A stretch of 37,822 nucleotides of DNA, from positions 1 to 37,822 of the IMG/VR virus record IMGVR_UViG_3300008117_000138. One strand, given 5' to 3'. The position numbers and the translations under genes were made by a program. This stretch comes from a virus (taxonomy: Duplodnaviria > Caudoviricetes). This document shows positions 1 through 10,132 of this stretch, one piece after another (position 1 is the first letter of the stretch; each line of letters opens with the position of its first letter). Below the pieces are notes generated by a model that did no database searches, had not been told where the DNA came from, and saw nothing but the letters and a program-made list of their open reading frames with translations.

Positions 1-186
1 CTTCTTTTGCATAAGTCTTACTTGACTCATAACACAATAGCTCATGAAGTATTTCATGCTGCGGTAAGAGTAACTGAGGATCGTGATATTACAGATGAAG
101 AGGCTCAGGCTTGGTTAGCAGGACATATTTCAGGAGTAATTTATAAGTTTTTACAAAAGAAGAAGCTACAAATAAAACATGGCTGA
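1..186 (+). CDS. Partial (5'-truncated) small zincin-like metalloprotease, HExxH
   Basis: Frame 1 is open from base 1: LLLHKSYLTHNTIAHEVFHAAVRVTEDRDITDEEAQAWLAGHISGVIYKFLQKKKLQIKHG*. It has an HEVFH motif and a downstream EEAQAWLAG helix. The TGA stop at 184-186 overlaps the next ATG (179). Not in the supplied ORF track. Confidence 0.75.
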   Translation, partial: LLLHKSYLTHNTIAHEVFHAAVRVTEDRDITDEEAQAWLAGHISGVIYKFLQKKKLQIKHG

Positions 187-3100
187 TAAAACACAGAACC
201 CCGGAGCTGTTACTAATACTTTTACAAAGGGTATGGTAAAAGACCTCAATGACACCTTTGTTGGTGAAGGTCTGTGGACTCATGCCCGTAATGCCGTGAA
301 TAACTCACACGATGGGCAGATGGGCGTTATAGGAAATGAACCTGCTAATCTGCATTGCATCACACTTCCGTATACTCTTATTGGCTGTATTCATCTTAAT
401 GATGACCAGTGGGTTGTCTTTACAACTAACAATATAGATTCTGAGATAGGTATCTTTGACGAGAGTGCTTGTTCTTATACAAAGGTTGTAAATGACAAGT
501 GTCTAAACTTTAAGACTAGTAATCTTATTACTGGTGCCTCACGTAGAAAATTTGATTGTAACAGATTAGTATACTGGGTAGATGGTCTTAATCCAGACCG
601 CTATATAGATATTAATGAGCCTCCGTTTAAGTTTAGAGAAACCATTGTAGACGGGTGTGCAACTAAAATATTACTTCAACCTTTGCAGCTTGATTGTGAA
701 AAAATCAGGATTGCCTCCTTGGTAGCACAACCTTGTTTAAATATAAAGAAAGGAGCTGGTGCAGGGACATTGGCTAACGGTTCTTATCAAGCATTGATAG
801 CTTACACTATTAATGGGGTAAGAGTAACAGACTACATGGGTGCAACTGAAATACAGCCCGTTTGGTCACATCAAAACGTTACAGGTTCTTTAGAGATAGA
901 AGTTATATCCGTAGATCAGACCTTTGATGAGTTTGAGTTAGTCATAATTTCAAATGTTAACCAACAGACTGTAGCTAAAAAAATAGGAATCTACTCAAGC
1001 AATCAAGGTAAAATATATGTAGACACAATTGGCCCTGAGCTTGTAACGGTGCCTTTAACTTTTGTATTACAAAGATCTGAACCAATTGAAAGATCTGATG
1101 CTATGTACAGTGTCAATGATTATCTTTTAAGAATTGGCATTAGATCAAAATATAAGTTTAACTATCAGCCTTTAGCTAATAATATTCAGACTCAGTGGAA
1201 TGCTGTTCAGTATCCAGCACAGTACTATTATAAAGGTGGAAACAACGCAGGCTATCTTAGAGATGAACAGTATGCGTTTTTTATTCGTTGGATCTACAAC
1301 ACAGGAGAACGTTCTGAATCTTATCATATTCCTGGAAGAGCTCCGTTGGCTACAGACACCCAACTTGACTTTGGTTCAGATGCTTATGAAGCTGCAGCTG
1401 GTCTTCAGCGTCAGCGTTGGCAAGTTCAAAATACAGCTACAGTAGACTCTATAACAACGTCTACTTTATCGGATGGAGGTGTTGTTATAGCTAGTGGTAA
1501 GATGGGCTATTGGGAAAGTACTGAAAAGTATCCTGATGATAAACAAGAAATATGGGGTACTCTTTGTGGTAAAAACATTCGTCATCATAAGATGCCTGAT
1601 GAAACAGTAAGTTCTTCATTAAGCCCTTTTAACTCTGACGGTAATAATATAGTAGTTCTTGGTGTATCATTTAGTAATATTCAACTGCCGGTAGACTTGA
1701 ACGGAAATGTTATTAGTTCTGTAGTAGGATATGAAATTTTAAGAGGAAGCAGAGAAGGTCAGAAGAGTATTATAGCAAAAGGACTTATTAATAATTTAAG
1801 GGAGTATGATATACCTGGGACAACTATTAAGGGATTATATCAGAACTATCCTTATAATGATCTTAGCTCAGATTTTTATTTAACATCAAGTCTTTCTATT
1901 ATAGATCCTGAAGCCGGCTCTGTGGTAAGTCCAACAGGTGATGATGCAGATTTGCAGAGTGAACCTAATGAAAATGGAATATCAAATAGAGAAGCAAGAC
2001 GGAGGCTTAGAGAGGCTAGACGTCAATTAAGAAGAAGTAGTGAAAACGGAGGTGTTCTATTAGACTATCCTTTGAGCTTATATAAGAAAGATTATCTTTC
2101 ATTTCATAGTCCTGATACTACTTTTACAAGACCGTTTCTTGGTATTACTGAATTAAAAGTATACCAAGAGGTATATGGTACTTCTAAAGGTAGTTTTACT
2201 ATACCATATAAGCATCCTAAGTTTAAGTCGGTAACAAACTTTGCTGGAATATTTTCAAGTGTTATAGGAATTATAAGTACCATAGGAAATGTTCTTTCTG
2301 CTATTGCTGAGAATGGTAATATAACATTAGGTAAAACTGAAAACTTACCGTACGAGAAAGTGTTGACTTTGTCTAAGGTTACAAACTTTCCTGTAGGGGG
2401 TTCATTTTTAGGTTCAGGTGTTACTATTCCTAACCCAGTTATTGTTGTTACTAATAGCATTATTGGAACTTATAATGTAAGCATGAGCGTAGCAATGTCT
2501 TATTTAGAAGCTACAGCAGTAGGAGAAAAAATTCTAAATATTATTTATGGTATGATACCAAGGCGTCAGAATGCATTGCAGTATGACTCTCATGGTTTCT
2601 ACAATAAAGGAAAGATTACACCTGAAGGAGATAGACGCTTTGAGATTAAGAACTCTACATACGTAGATTCTAATATTCAGAGCTTTAACTTTGACTATAA
2701 CATAAACAACGTTTTAAGATCTAACTACGTTTCACTTAATATATCACGTGATAAGCAGAATCCTACTGTAATTGATGACTCAAGATTTAGAATCAATAGA
2801 GCTAACGGAAAGATTAACCGTGTAGTAGATGCTACCATATCTGGACATTATGGAGCAGTAAAAGTGACTTTTCCATCTCAGTACGGACAGCTTGATCAGA
2901 TTAAGCAGGTACCTGTGTCACAATGCGTACATTCTATTAATACAGAGGTACCAAGACAAGTTACTGGTGTACTATTTAATGGGGATACCTATATTAATCG
3001 CTTTACAGAAAAGAACTCTTTCTTCTTCTTTAATTCTTGGTTAATGGGTGAGCCTGATGAAACAGAGTTTGATTATAGAAACTATGTAAACATAGCATAC

Positions 3101-4870
3101 CCAAGATTCTGGATAGATTCAGAAAGACCAAGTTTTGGTTTATTTAGCAGTGCTACCAACTATCGTCACTTAGACGAAAGAACAAGCTCAGCATTTTTTG
3201 TAAGTAAAGGGTATTTCTATCTTTTTAATTCCGGGGTACGCGACTTCTTTGTAGAAAGTGAGGTTAACTTGGCATATCGTGACTGGGAAGATCTAATAGA
3301 AAAACGTCACTACGACCCCTACAACTTCTCTGACTATAGATCTATGTTTAGATCTGATGTTATCAAGAGTACTAATTTTTACAAGTACGATTACTCTTTA
3401 AGTATTAGTAAGCTTTTTAACCAGTATGTGTCTTATGGAAACTTACTTCCAAGATACTATGATCCTAAAAAGTTTAATAGCTGTTTTACCTATTATCCTA
3501 ACCGGGTAATATATTCTTTACAGCAACAGTCGGAAGGAGTAAAAGATAACTGGAGAGTATTCCTGGCTAATAACTATAAGGATTTTAATTCACCGATTAC
3601 TTCTATAAAGCTTGTTAATAAAACAGGTGCATTGTTTATGATGGAGCGTCAGAGTCCGCTTCAGTTTATGGGCGTAGACCAACTTCAGACAGATGCAGGC
3701 ACTAAGATTACAGTGGGTGATGGTGGACTATTTAATCAGCCTTTGCAGAACATAGTTAACTCAGATGAGTCATATGAGTATGGAAGCTGTCAGAATAAGT
3801 TTGCCACACTAGGATGTACTCACGGTGTATTTTGGGTAAGCCAAAATCAAGGTAAGGTATTTCAGTATGCAGGTCAACTTAAGGAAATATCCAGAGACGG
3901 AATGAAATGGTGGTTTGCAAGATATTTACCTTCTGAACTTTTAAAGGTATACCCTGAGTATCCATTAAAGGATAACCCCGTTGCTGGCATTGGTGTACAA
4001 ATGATCTATGACAACACCAATGAAATAATCTATATCATTAAGAAGGATTACAAACCTAAGGTAACTAATCTGCTTTATGACGCAGGCGGTTTTTATAAAG
4101 TAACTACTGCTGGTAAAGTATACGTCCCGCTCACTGATACAAACAACTTTGAGAGTGCAAGCTGGACTATATCCTATGATCCAAAAAGTCAAACCTGGTT
4201 AAGTTTTCATGACTGGATTCCTAGCTTCTTAATTCCTGGTAAAGCTCATTTTATGAGCGTAAACATGAATTCTATATGGAAGCACAACGTACGTTGTGAC
4301 AAGTATACTAACTTCTATGGTATAGATTATCCTTTTGAAGTGGAGTTTGTTTCATCAACAGGGCAGCAAGTAGCATCCATGAGAAATGTAGAGTACCTGT
4401 TAGAAGCTTACAAGACTCACAATGAATGCCGGGATAAGTTCCATGTATTGGATCTAAACTTTGATCAGGCTATTGTTTATAACTCTGAACAGGTTTCTGG
4501 TTTATTAGAACTTGAATTAAAAAGCAAGGTTAATCCTGTGACGCTTATAAACTATCCTCAGATTCGTACTCAATCAATTGGGATTCATTACTCTAAAGAA
4601 GAGCAGAAGTATCGTTTTAATCAGTTCTGGGATATAACCAAGGACCGTGGGGAGTTTGCACCAGGAGTTAATATACCTATGTTTAATACTCGTCCTAATG
4701 GATATGAGTTTAACATTAACCCTGCATATGTAAATTATCAGAAAGCACCTTTAGAGCATAAGAAGTTTCGTCATAATGTAAACAAGGTCTTTCTACGTAA
4801 ACTGAAGAGTGATGATGTAAAATATTTATTTAAGATGTCTAATCAAAAGATTCTACAAAGTCTTAGGTAA
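179..4870 (+). CDS. Tail stabilisation / muzzle-like virion protein (crAss-like, P22 gp10-related)
   Basis: 1563 aa, beta-rich and aromatic-rich, with many Cys. N-terminal NTFTKGMVKD...ARNAVN...GNEPAN and C-terminal WTISYDP...WLSFHDW..P resemble crAss-like stabilisation proteins. It lies directly upstream of the cargo/RNAP genes, as in Crassvirales. Confidence 0.75.
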   Translation: MADKTQNPGAVTNTFTKGMVKDLNDTFVGEGLWTHARNAVNNSHDGQMGVIGNEPANLHCITLPYTLIGCIHLNDDQWVVFTTNNIDSEIGIFDESACSYTKVVNDKCLNFKTSNLITGASRRKFDCNRLVYWVDGLNPDRYIDINEPPFKFRETIVDGCATKILLQPLQLDCEKIRIASLVAQPCLNIKKGAGAGTLANGSYQALIAYTINGVRVTDYMGATEIQPVWSHQNVTGSLEIEVISVDQTFDEFELVIISNVNQQTVAKKIGIYSSNQGKIYVDTIGPELVTVPLTFVLQRSEPIERSDAMYSVNDYLLRIGIRSKYKFNYQPLANNIQTQWNAVQYPAQYYYKGGNNAGYLRDEQYAFFIRWIYNTGERSESYHIPGRAPLATDTQLDFGSDAYEAAAGLQRQRWQVQNTATVDSITTSTLSDGGVVIASGKMGYWESTEKYPDDKQEIWGTLCGKNIRHHKMPDETVSSSLSPFNSDGNNIVVLGVSFSNIQLPVDLNGNVISSVVGYEILRGSREGQKSIIAKGLINNLREYDIPGTTIKGLYQNYPYNDLSSDFYLTSSLSIIDPEAGSVVSPTGDDADLQSEPNENGISNREARRRLREARRQLRRSSENGGVLLDYPLSLYKKDYLSFHSPDTTFTRPFLGITELKVYQEVYGTSKGSFTIPYKHPKFKSVTNFAGIFSSVIGIISTIGNVLSAIAENGNITLGKTENLPYEKVLTLSKVTNFPVGGSFLGSGVTIPNPVIVVTNSIIGTYNVSMSVAMSYLEATAVGEKILNIIYGMIPRRQNALQYDSHGFYNKGKITPEGDRRFEIKNSTYVDSNIQSFNFDYNINNVLRSNYVSLNISRDKQNPTVIDDSRFRINRANGKINRVVDATISGHYGAVKVTFPSQYGQLDQIKQVPVSQCVHSINTEVPRQVTGVLFNGDTYINRFTEKNSFFFFNSWLMGEPDETEFDYRNYVNIAYPRFWIDSERPSFGLFSSATNYRHLDERTSSAFFVSKGYFYLFNSGVRDFFVESEVNLAYRDWEDLIEKRHYDPYNFSDYRSMFRSDVIKSTNFYKYDYSLSISKLFNQYVSYGNLLPRYYDPKKFNSCFTYYPNRVIYSLQQQSEGVKDNWRVFLANNYKDFNSPITSIKLVNKTGALFMMERQSPLQFMGVDQLQTDAGTKITVGDGGLFNQPLQNIVNSDESYEYGSCQNKFATLGCTHGVFWVSQNQGKVFQYAGQLKEISRDGMKWWFARYLPSELLKVYPEYPLKDNPVAGIGVQMIYDNTNEIIYIIKKDYKPKVTNLLYDAGGFYKVTTAGKVYVPLTDTNNFESASWTISYDPKSQTWLSFHDWIPSFLIPGKAHFMSVNMNSIWKHNVRCDKYTNFYGIDYPFEVEFVSSTGQQVASMRNVEYLLEAYKTHNECRDKFHVLDLNFDQAIVYNSEQVSGLLELELKSKVNPVTLINYPQIRTQSIGIHYSKEEQKYRFNQFWDITKDRGEFAPGVNIPMFNTRPNGYEFNINPAYVNYQKAPLEHKKFRHNVNKVFLRKLKSDDVKYLFKMSNQKILQSLR

Positions 4871-7800
4871 TGAACAAGCTATTACAACATATTATTAATG
4901 CTGGTGATGTAGACCACAAGATACTTCCTTCACTTCTGAAGATGGATGAAGGAGGAGAACTCATAAAACTTAAAGACTCTAAAGGTCGTGTGCGTGAGTA
5001 CAACACTGAGTCTCGTAAGTATAAACGCTTATATGACCAAGGTAAGATAGGCAGTTGGTCAAAGTTTGATCAAGGATCAGGTAAATGGGTATCTTCAGAT
5101 GCTTCAGATCCTAATGCAGAATTTGTTTCTTCCCCTAAAATACTTCCTGAGGTTGTTGTATCTTCTAAAGTTAAACCTAATAGTTTAGGTAGCTATTCAT
5201 CATCTTTTTATAAAGAGAACCCGTATGAAGACTTTTACAGAAATCGTTACCAGCAAGAAAAAGAAGAGTTTGAAAGTGCTCCAGGATGGGCACAACAGTC
5301 TGTAGGAGGATGGGATAGAGACTCTAGGCAGAAAAATGTAAGAGATCAGATTAATGAAGAGTACCAGAAAAAGTATTCTGACTATGTAGCTAGTAAGTTA
5401 ATTGGCAGAAATCCTCAAGGTAGCCAAAGTAGAGATACATGGTTATCTAACAAAAATTTTACTCCTAGAGAACTTCAAGTTCTTACGGGTAGTCAGAAAC
5501 TGCCACAGCCTAATCTTTGGGCACAAGGTGTACAGGGTCTATATAATACGGGAGACATGTTAACTTTTGGATCACTTCCTGAGTTAGCTATGCCCGGTAT
5601 TGCACGTTCAGAAGTACAGAACTATAATAATCCATTGCTTGCATTAGCACCTTTAAGCGTACCTGCAAAAATGGTTCAGTCTGTATATAAAGATAACTAC
5701 TCACTTGGAGATGCATTAGCTGGAAGACCCAATGATGCAGGCATTGCTGAAGATATTGCTACAGATCCTCTTACTTATCTGTCGTTTGGTACAAAACCCT
5801 TACTTACTGGTGCGGCTAGACTTAGTAGACTTTCTTCACCTTACTTAAATAGAGCAGCCAGATTTGTACCACAGGCTGTAAAAAACAATTTGCAGTTTTT
5901 AAAGAATACTAAAGGTACAGGTGTAACCCAGCTACCTGAAAGTGGTTACGTTTCTGGTTCATATGTTCCAGACTACATGAAAGGTGTAGAAGTAGTTGAT
6001 CCAGAAACCGGGGTAAGCAAAATTGTTTTTCAGCTTGAAGATGATATTTTACCTCCTCCACCAACAGAACAGTGGAATCTTATTGACTATAGTAATGTTC
6101 CTAGTTTTATTGATAACTTACCAGGTATTGTTAATAAACCTTCAACGTTATCAGTTTTAAAGAACAAGGCTTTAGCTTCTGGTACTAAATTAAAAAACAA
6201 ACTTTTTCCTGAAAACTATCATGACTACGGAAAACCCTTTGCAAATAGAAGGTATGACAGTTGGGCTCATGATATACATCCGGATCTTCCTGATGTCTTA
6301 CAGCCTGGAGAGTTAAAAAATCTTCATAAAGAAGCTATCAGACATTTTGGCGGTAGACAAGGTGTTTCTGATTTAGGACAGTTTGCTAATAAAAATATAG
6401 GACTATATGTAAGAGATAGACTTGCAAACAGAATTCCAAGTTATACCAAGCCAACTGTTGTAGATGAAACTACAGGGTTAATTAAGAACTATGGTCCTAA
6501 TAAAAAACACCCAAGTTTAGCAGGGAAAGATGCTGCTAATGAAATAATCTATCCGCAGCTAATGTATTCTCATACGTACGATCAAGCAAGATTAGATATA
6601 CTTCGTACCCCATATCAGAAGTGGGGATATGATATTTCTAAACTTAATCCTTCTCAATTAAACTTGATGGACTCATATGCTAGAGGATATAATGATTTTT
6701 TTAACAGTTATGGTAGAGGCTTTGCTAGCCCTATTAAAACTAAGACAGGAGATTTTTATGCTGATAAAGTACAGCAACTAAAAAATGCGGTAGTACAAAA
6801 TAAGTTTCCTGAAGCTACTCAAGTAAGAAGAGGAGAAGGTAACTATAATATCAATCTTTTAGATCCTATTACTTACAAGCCAACAGGTAAGGTTAAGTTA
6901 AAAAGTGATTTAGAAGTTGGTGATGTTTATAAGGATGATGGATTTTTATCTACTAGTTTAGACCGTAATTATACTTGGGGGGAAGATGTTGCATCTGAAG
7001 TAATTGATATTCCAGGTGGCATGAAACAGTCTTATGCATATCCTAACGCTATGTCTTCTTCTCCTTATGTAGATGAGCTAGAAGCTATACTTCCTCCTGG
7101 ACTTATAAGAAGAGTTGAAGAAGTAAGACTTCCTAATTCTGATGGTAGATTTTTAAATAATGCAAAGTTTAGAACGTCACTTATTAACCCGTATACTACC
7201 ACAGGACTCTTTTTAGGTGCCGGGGCATTAAAGCAAAAAGAAGAGGGTGGAGAAAATAAACAGTATAGTGGATCAAGTATTGTTGACTATTTAGCAACTA
7301 GAGGTTATAGCGGTAATAAGAAATTTAGAAAACAGCTTGCTCAAGAGTATGGTGTTGAAGGATATGATTATTCTGCAAGAAAGAATTTAGAGTTATTAAG
7401 TAAGCTCAGAGAAAATGATGATCTTCTTGAAGCTCATGAACAGAGTTTTGCTCCAGTTACGCCAGAAAGTTTAGAAGAATTAACAAAGGAAAGAACTAAA
7501 AGGATTGTTGAAACAGCTACACAAAGGGATGAAAGAAAGATTAGTCCTCAAGAGTTTAATCGTAGGATGAGCATGATGATGGGGTTTGATGTATCTCAAG
7601 GTATTCCAAGTGATAGGTTTGTTATTAATACACCTAAACTTTCTTTGTCTCCAAAAGTAAAGTATGATAAGTTTTCGCTTATACCAAGAATGGAGAATAA
7701 GAGTATTGATTTAAGTTCAACAAAGCCTGATAAACCAGAGGTTATACAACAAGTTGCACCACCTGTTGAGAAGCAGCCTGTTGTAAACAACACAGGATTT

Positions 7801-10122
7801 AGATTTGATTTAAACCCTACACAAAAACAGGGTATAAATCCTTTGCCGTTTTATAACCCATTTATACCGGGTAACATGACAGTGGCGGGTACCAATACAC
7901 CTGTTGCTCCAGCTACCGTAAATACTTCTAAACCACAACAAAAGCAAACTGTTATTGATAAACCTTGGTATGAAGATGCTTGGGACGCAGCATCATCTGC
8001 ATTGAATACAGCTGAAGATTATGCATCAGATGCATGGCAGGGTATTTCAACTGCTCCAGCTAAAGTTTCAAAATGGTGGTCAGACGGAATAAACAATAGT
8101 ATTCTGGGACAGGGTAATGTAACAATGAATCCTTATGGTTTTACTCCTCAAGGGGCAAAAGCAATGGCAGATGACTTAATGTCTATCATGCCTGAAGCTG
8201 TTCAAGATCTTTGGGAAAAAGCAAAAAATAGTAATGAAAGAAGTAAAGCTAAAAATAACCCAAGTCTTGTTGAAAGAAAAAGTGGTTTAGATCCTACTAA
8301 ACTAAAGTATGATCCTGTTTATATAACTGGTGACACTTTAAAAGACAATGCCAGAAGGTACCACATACCTGAGGTAATGGATCTGGATTACATGCGTTTT
8401 GGAGTAAGAAACCGAGGAGACTATTCTGAGCTAAACACAGAAGGTGCACCTATAACTACTTTTGAACCATTTGTAAGTTCTAAAAAATATTTTGCTACTA
8501 GTAAAGATCCTGCTAATGCTACATATATAGGTATATCTACGGACGGCAGGGTAAAAGTGGGCACAAAAGATAAATTTCAGGATAAAGAATATCAGATAAC
8601 TAGGTCTTATGGCAATAAAGTAATAGACTTTAACAGAGATGAAACAGGGAAGATAGTAAAAGTCCCTTCTAATCCTAAAGCTTCTAAAGAAACATTGTCT
8701 CCATCTGTAAAAGTACTTGGGGATGATGGTAAAGCAATAGACGGTAAATTAAGTTTATTGTTGCCTAGAGAAGGTAATCAGGAACAATCATATGACTTAG
8801 TAACAGGTGGTCGGTATATACTTCAAACACCAGATGGTAAAACAAAACTTGTTAGTGGATCACTTAAAAATATAGAAGATGAATTCTATAGGATGAAAGG
8901 TAAGCATCCATGGGTTAATGTTATTACACTTGACAATGGTTCATATTCAAGGGGTCTTAGAACATTTGATCAAAAGTTAACTAAAAAGGATCTCAAAGGA
9001 TATGACAACCAAAATACTGGTGGTGGGAACTTTGCTTATTTATTACCTGGTCAAAAGAAAACTAGATATGACTCCAAGTTTTTTGACTTTGAGCAGGAAG
9101 CTAAGAAAAAACTTCAGGCTAAATATCCAGGAAGGAAAGTAGAAATACGATTCCAGAATGAAGGACTATATGATGAGACTGGAGGACGTGATATTGAAAG
9201 TCAGATTAATATACAAAAAAAGGGAAATTCTAAGACGCCTGTATCTCTTCACAACTTTGGAGCTGCTCGTGACTATATTTTATATGTTGATGGTAAACCA
9301 ATAAATGCGGATGCTAATAAACAACTTTACAAAGATGTTCTTTGGAATGCAGCTGACGCAACCGGTACATATCATCTTGAAGACTGGGACCCCGCTCATA
9401 TATCACTTGCTAAAGAAGGTCAGAAGACTGCGTTTGATGAGCTTGCTAAAAAGTATCCTGATATCTGGGCTAATCCAAACTTCCAAAGAAGTCTAGAGTT
9501 TATTAATAAGAATAAGGCCAACCCTACGTACGAAGAGTACTTTGAAATGTTGAACAACATTGCAGAGTTTACTGGCCAGCCTAAAGTAACTGAGGTTATG
9601 AAAAGAAAAGGTTGGAAGTTTAATAAAGATGGCAAGATTGTAGATAAGAAAGGTAGGCTAGTTAATAAAGCCTCTGGAGGAGCTGTTATAGATCCTCGTG
9701 GTCAATGGGCTTATCCTGGTATGGATACTATAGTACCTACTGCCTCTGGGGATATTACTATGCAAGGTGTTCCTTATCCTGTATATGGAGAAGATGAAAC
9801 CGGCTATGGTCAAATGATGATGCCTGGAGGTGAGTATCAGTTTCCCGGTCAGATGGTGTATGAAACACCTATGATGAAATCAGGAGGTCAGCATGGAGGA
9901 CTAGACAGATGGTTTGCAGAAAGATGGGTGGATGTAAAGACAGGTAAACCATGTGGTAGACAAGAAGGAGAGAACAGAGCATATCCCGCATGTCGTCCTT
10001 CTAGAAGAGTATCATCTCAAACACCAAAGACTTCATCAGAAATGAGTCCAGCTGAGAAGGCTAAGTTTAAAAGAAGTAAAACTTCTTCACAGCGTATAAA
10101 CTATAATCATAAAAGAAATTAA
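4870..10122 (+). CDS. Polyvalent virion cargo protein (ADP-ribosyltransferase + DUF3597-like + M15 peptidase + small modules)
   Basis: 1750 aa, coupled to the upstream gene by a TAATG overlap. Recognisable motifs are listed as separate features. Modules are separated by MDEGG, KEEGG, KASGG and MKSGG. Confidence 0.8.
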   Translation: MNKLLQHIINAGDVDHKILPSLLKMDEGGELIKLKDSKGRVREYNTESRKYKRLYDQGKIGSWSKFDQGSGKWVSSDASDPNAEFVSSPKILPEVVVSSKVKPNSLGSYSSSFYKENPYEDFYRNRYQQEKEEFESAPGWAQQSVGGWDRDSRQKNVRDQINEEYQKKYSDYVASKLIGRNPQGSQSRDTWLSNKNFTPRELQVLTGSQKLPQPNLWAQGVQGLYNTGDMLTFGSLPELAMPGIARSEVQNYNNPLLALAPLSVPAKMVQSVYKDNYSLGDALAGRPNDAGIAEDIATDPLTYLSFGTKPLLTGAARLSRLSSPYLNRAARFVPQAVKNNLQFLKNTKGTGVTQLPESGYVSGSYVPDYMKGVEVVDPETGVSKIVFQLEDDILPPPPTEQWNLIDYSNVPSFIDNLPGIVNKPSTLSVLKNKALASGTKLKNKLFPENYHDYGKPFANRRYDSWAHDIHPDLPDVLQPGELKNLHKEAIRHFGGRQGVSDLGQFANKNIGLYVRDRLANRIPSYTKPTVVDETTGLIKNYGPNKKHPSLAGKDAANEIIYPQLMYSHTYDQARLDILRTPYQKWGYDISKLNPSQLNLMDSYARGYNDFFNSYGRGFASPIKTKTGDFYADKVQQLKNAVVQNKFPEATQVRRGEGNYNINLLDPITYKPTGKVKLKSDLEVGDVYKDDGFLSTSLDRNYTWGEDVASEVIDIPGGMKQSYAYPNAMSSSPYVDELEAILPPGLIRRVEEVRLPNSDGRFLNNAKFRTSLINPYTTTGLFLGAGALKQKEEGGENKQYSGSSIVDYLATRGYSGNKKFRKQLAQEYGVEGYDYSARKNLELLSKLRENDDLLEAHEQSFAPVTPESLEELTKERTKRIVETATQRDERKISPQEFNRRMSMMMGFDVSQGIPSDRFVINTPKLSLSPKVKYDKFSLIPRMENKSIDLSSTKPDKPEVIQQVAPPVEKQPVVNNTGFRFDLNPTQKQGINPLPFYNPFIPGNMTVAGTNTPVAPATVNTSKPQQKQTVIDKPWYEDAWDAASSALNTAEDYASDAWQGISTAPAKVSKWWSDGINNSILGQGNVTMNPYGFTPQGAKAMADDLMSIMPEAVQDLWEKAKNSNERSKAKNNPSLVERKSGLDPTKLKYDPVYITGDTLKDNARRYHIPEVMDLDYMRFGVRNRGDYSELNTEGAPITTFEPFVSSKKYFATSKDPANATYIGISTDGRVKVGTKDKFQDKEYQITRSYGNKVIDFNRDETGKIVKVPSNPKASKETLSPSVKVLGDDGKAIDGKLSLLLPREGNQEQSYDLVTGGRYILQTPDGKTKLVSGSLKNIEDEFYRMKGKHPWVNVITLDNGSYSRGLRTFDQKLTKKDLKGYDNQNTGGGNFAYLLPGQKKTRYDSKFFDFEQEAKKKLQAKYPGRKVEIRFQNEGLYDETGGRDIESQINIQKKGNSKTPVSLHNFGAARDYILYVDGKPINADANKQLYKDVLWNAADATGTYHLEDWDPAHISLAKEGQKTAFDELAKKYPDIWANPNFQRSLEFINKNKANPTYEEYFEMLNNIAEFTGQPKVTEVMKRKGWKFNKDGKIVDKKGRLVNKASGGAVIDPRGQWAYPGMDTIVPTASGDITMQGVPYPVYGEDETGYGQMMMPGGEYQFPGQMVYETPMMKSGGQHGGLDRWFAERWVDVKTGKPCGRQEGENRAYPACRPSRRVSSQTPKTSSEMSPAEKAKFKRSKTSSQRINYNHKRN
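6640..7190 (+). other. R-S-E class ADP-ribosyltransferase domain (VIP2/Alt-like)
   Basis: SYARGYNDFFNSYGRG (Y..Y..N..R helix), VRRG (Arg about 6829), GDVYKDDGFLSTS (STS 6949-6957) and DELEAILPPG (ExE 7075-7083), in the canonical order. Confidence 0.85.
7264..7410 (+). other. DUF3597-like small domain (often appended to cell-wall hydrolases)
   Basis: YSGSSIVDYLATRGYSGNKKFRKQLAQEYGVEGYDYSARKNLELLSKLR matches the recalled SIVDYL..R..LA..YG...Y..A..N..LL..L pattern. Confidence 0.65.
9170..9410 (+). other. Peptidase M15-family Zn domain (Ply500/L-Ala-D-Glu peptidase-like)
   Basis: GRDIESQINIQKKGNSKTPVSLHNFGAARD (SxHxxGxAxD; His 9250, Asp 9271) followed by WDPAH (His 9397). Confidence 0.8.
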
Positions 10123-10132
10123 GATATATCTC

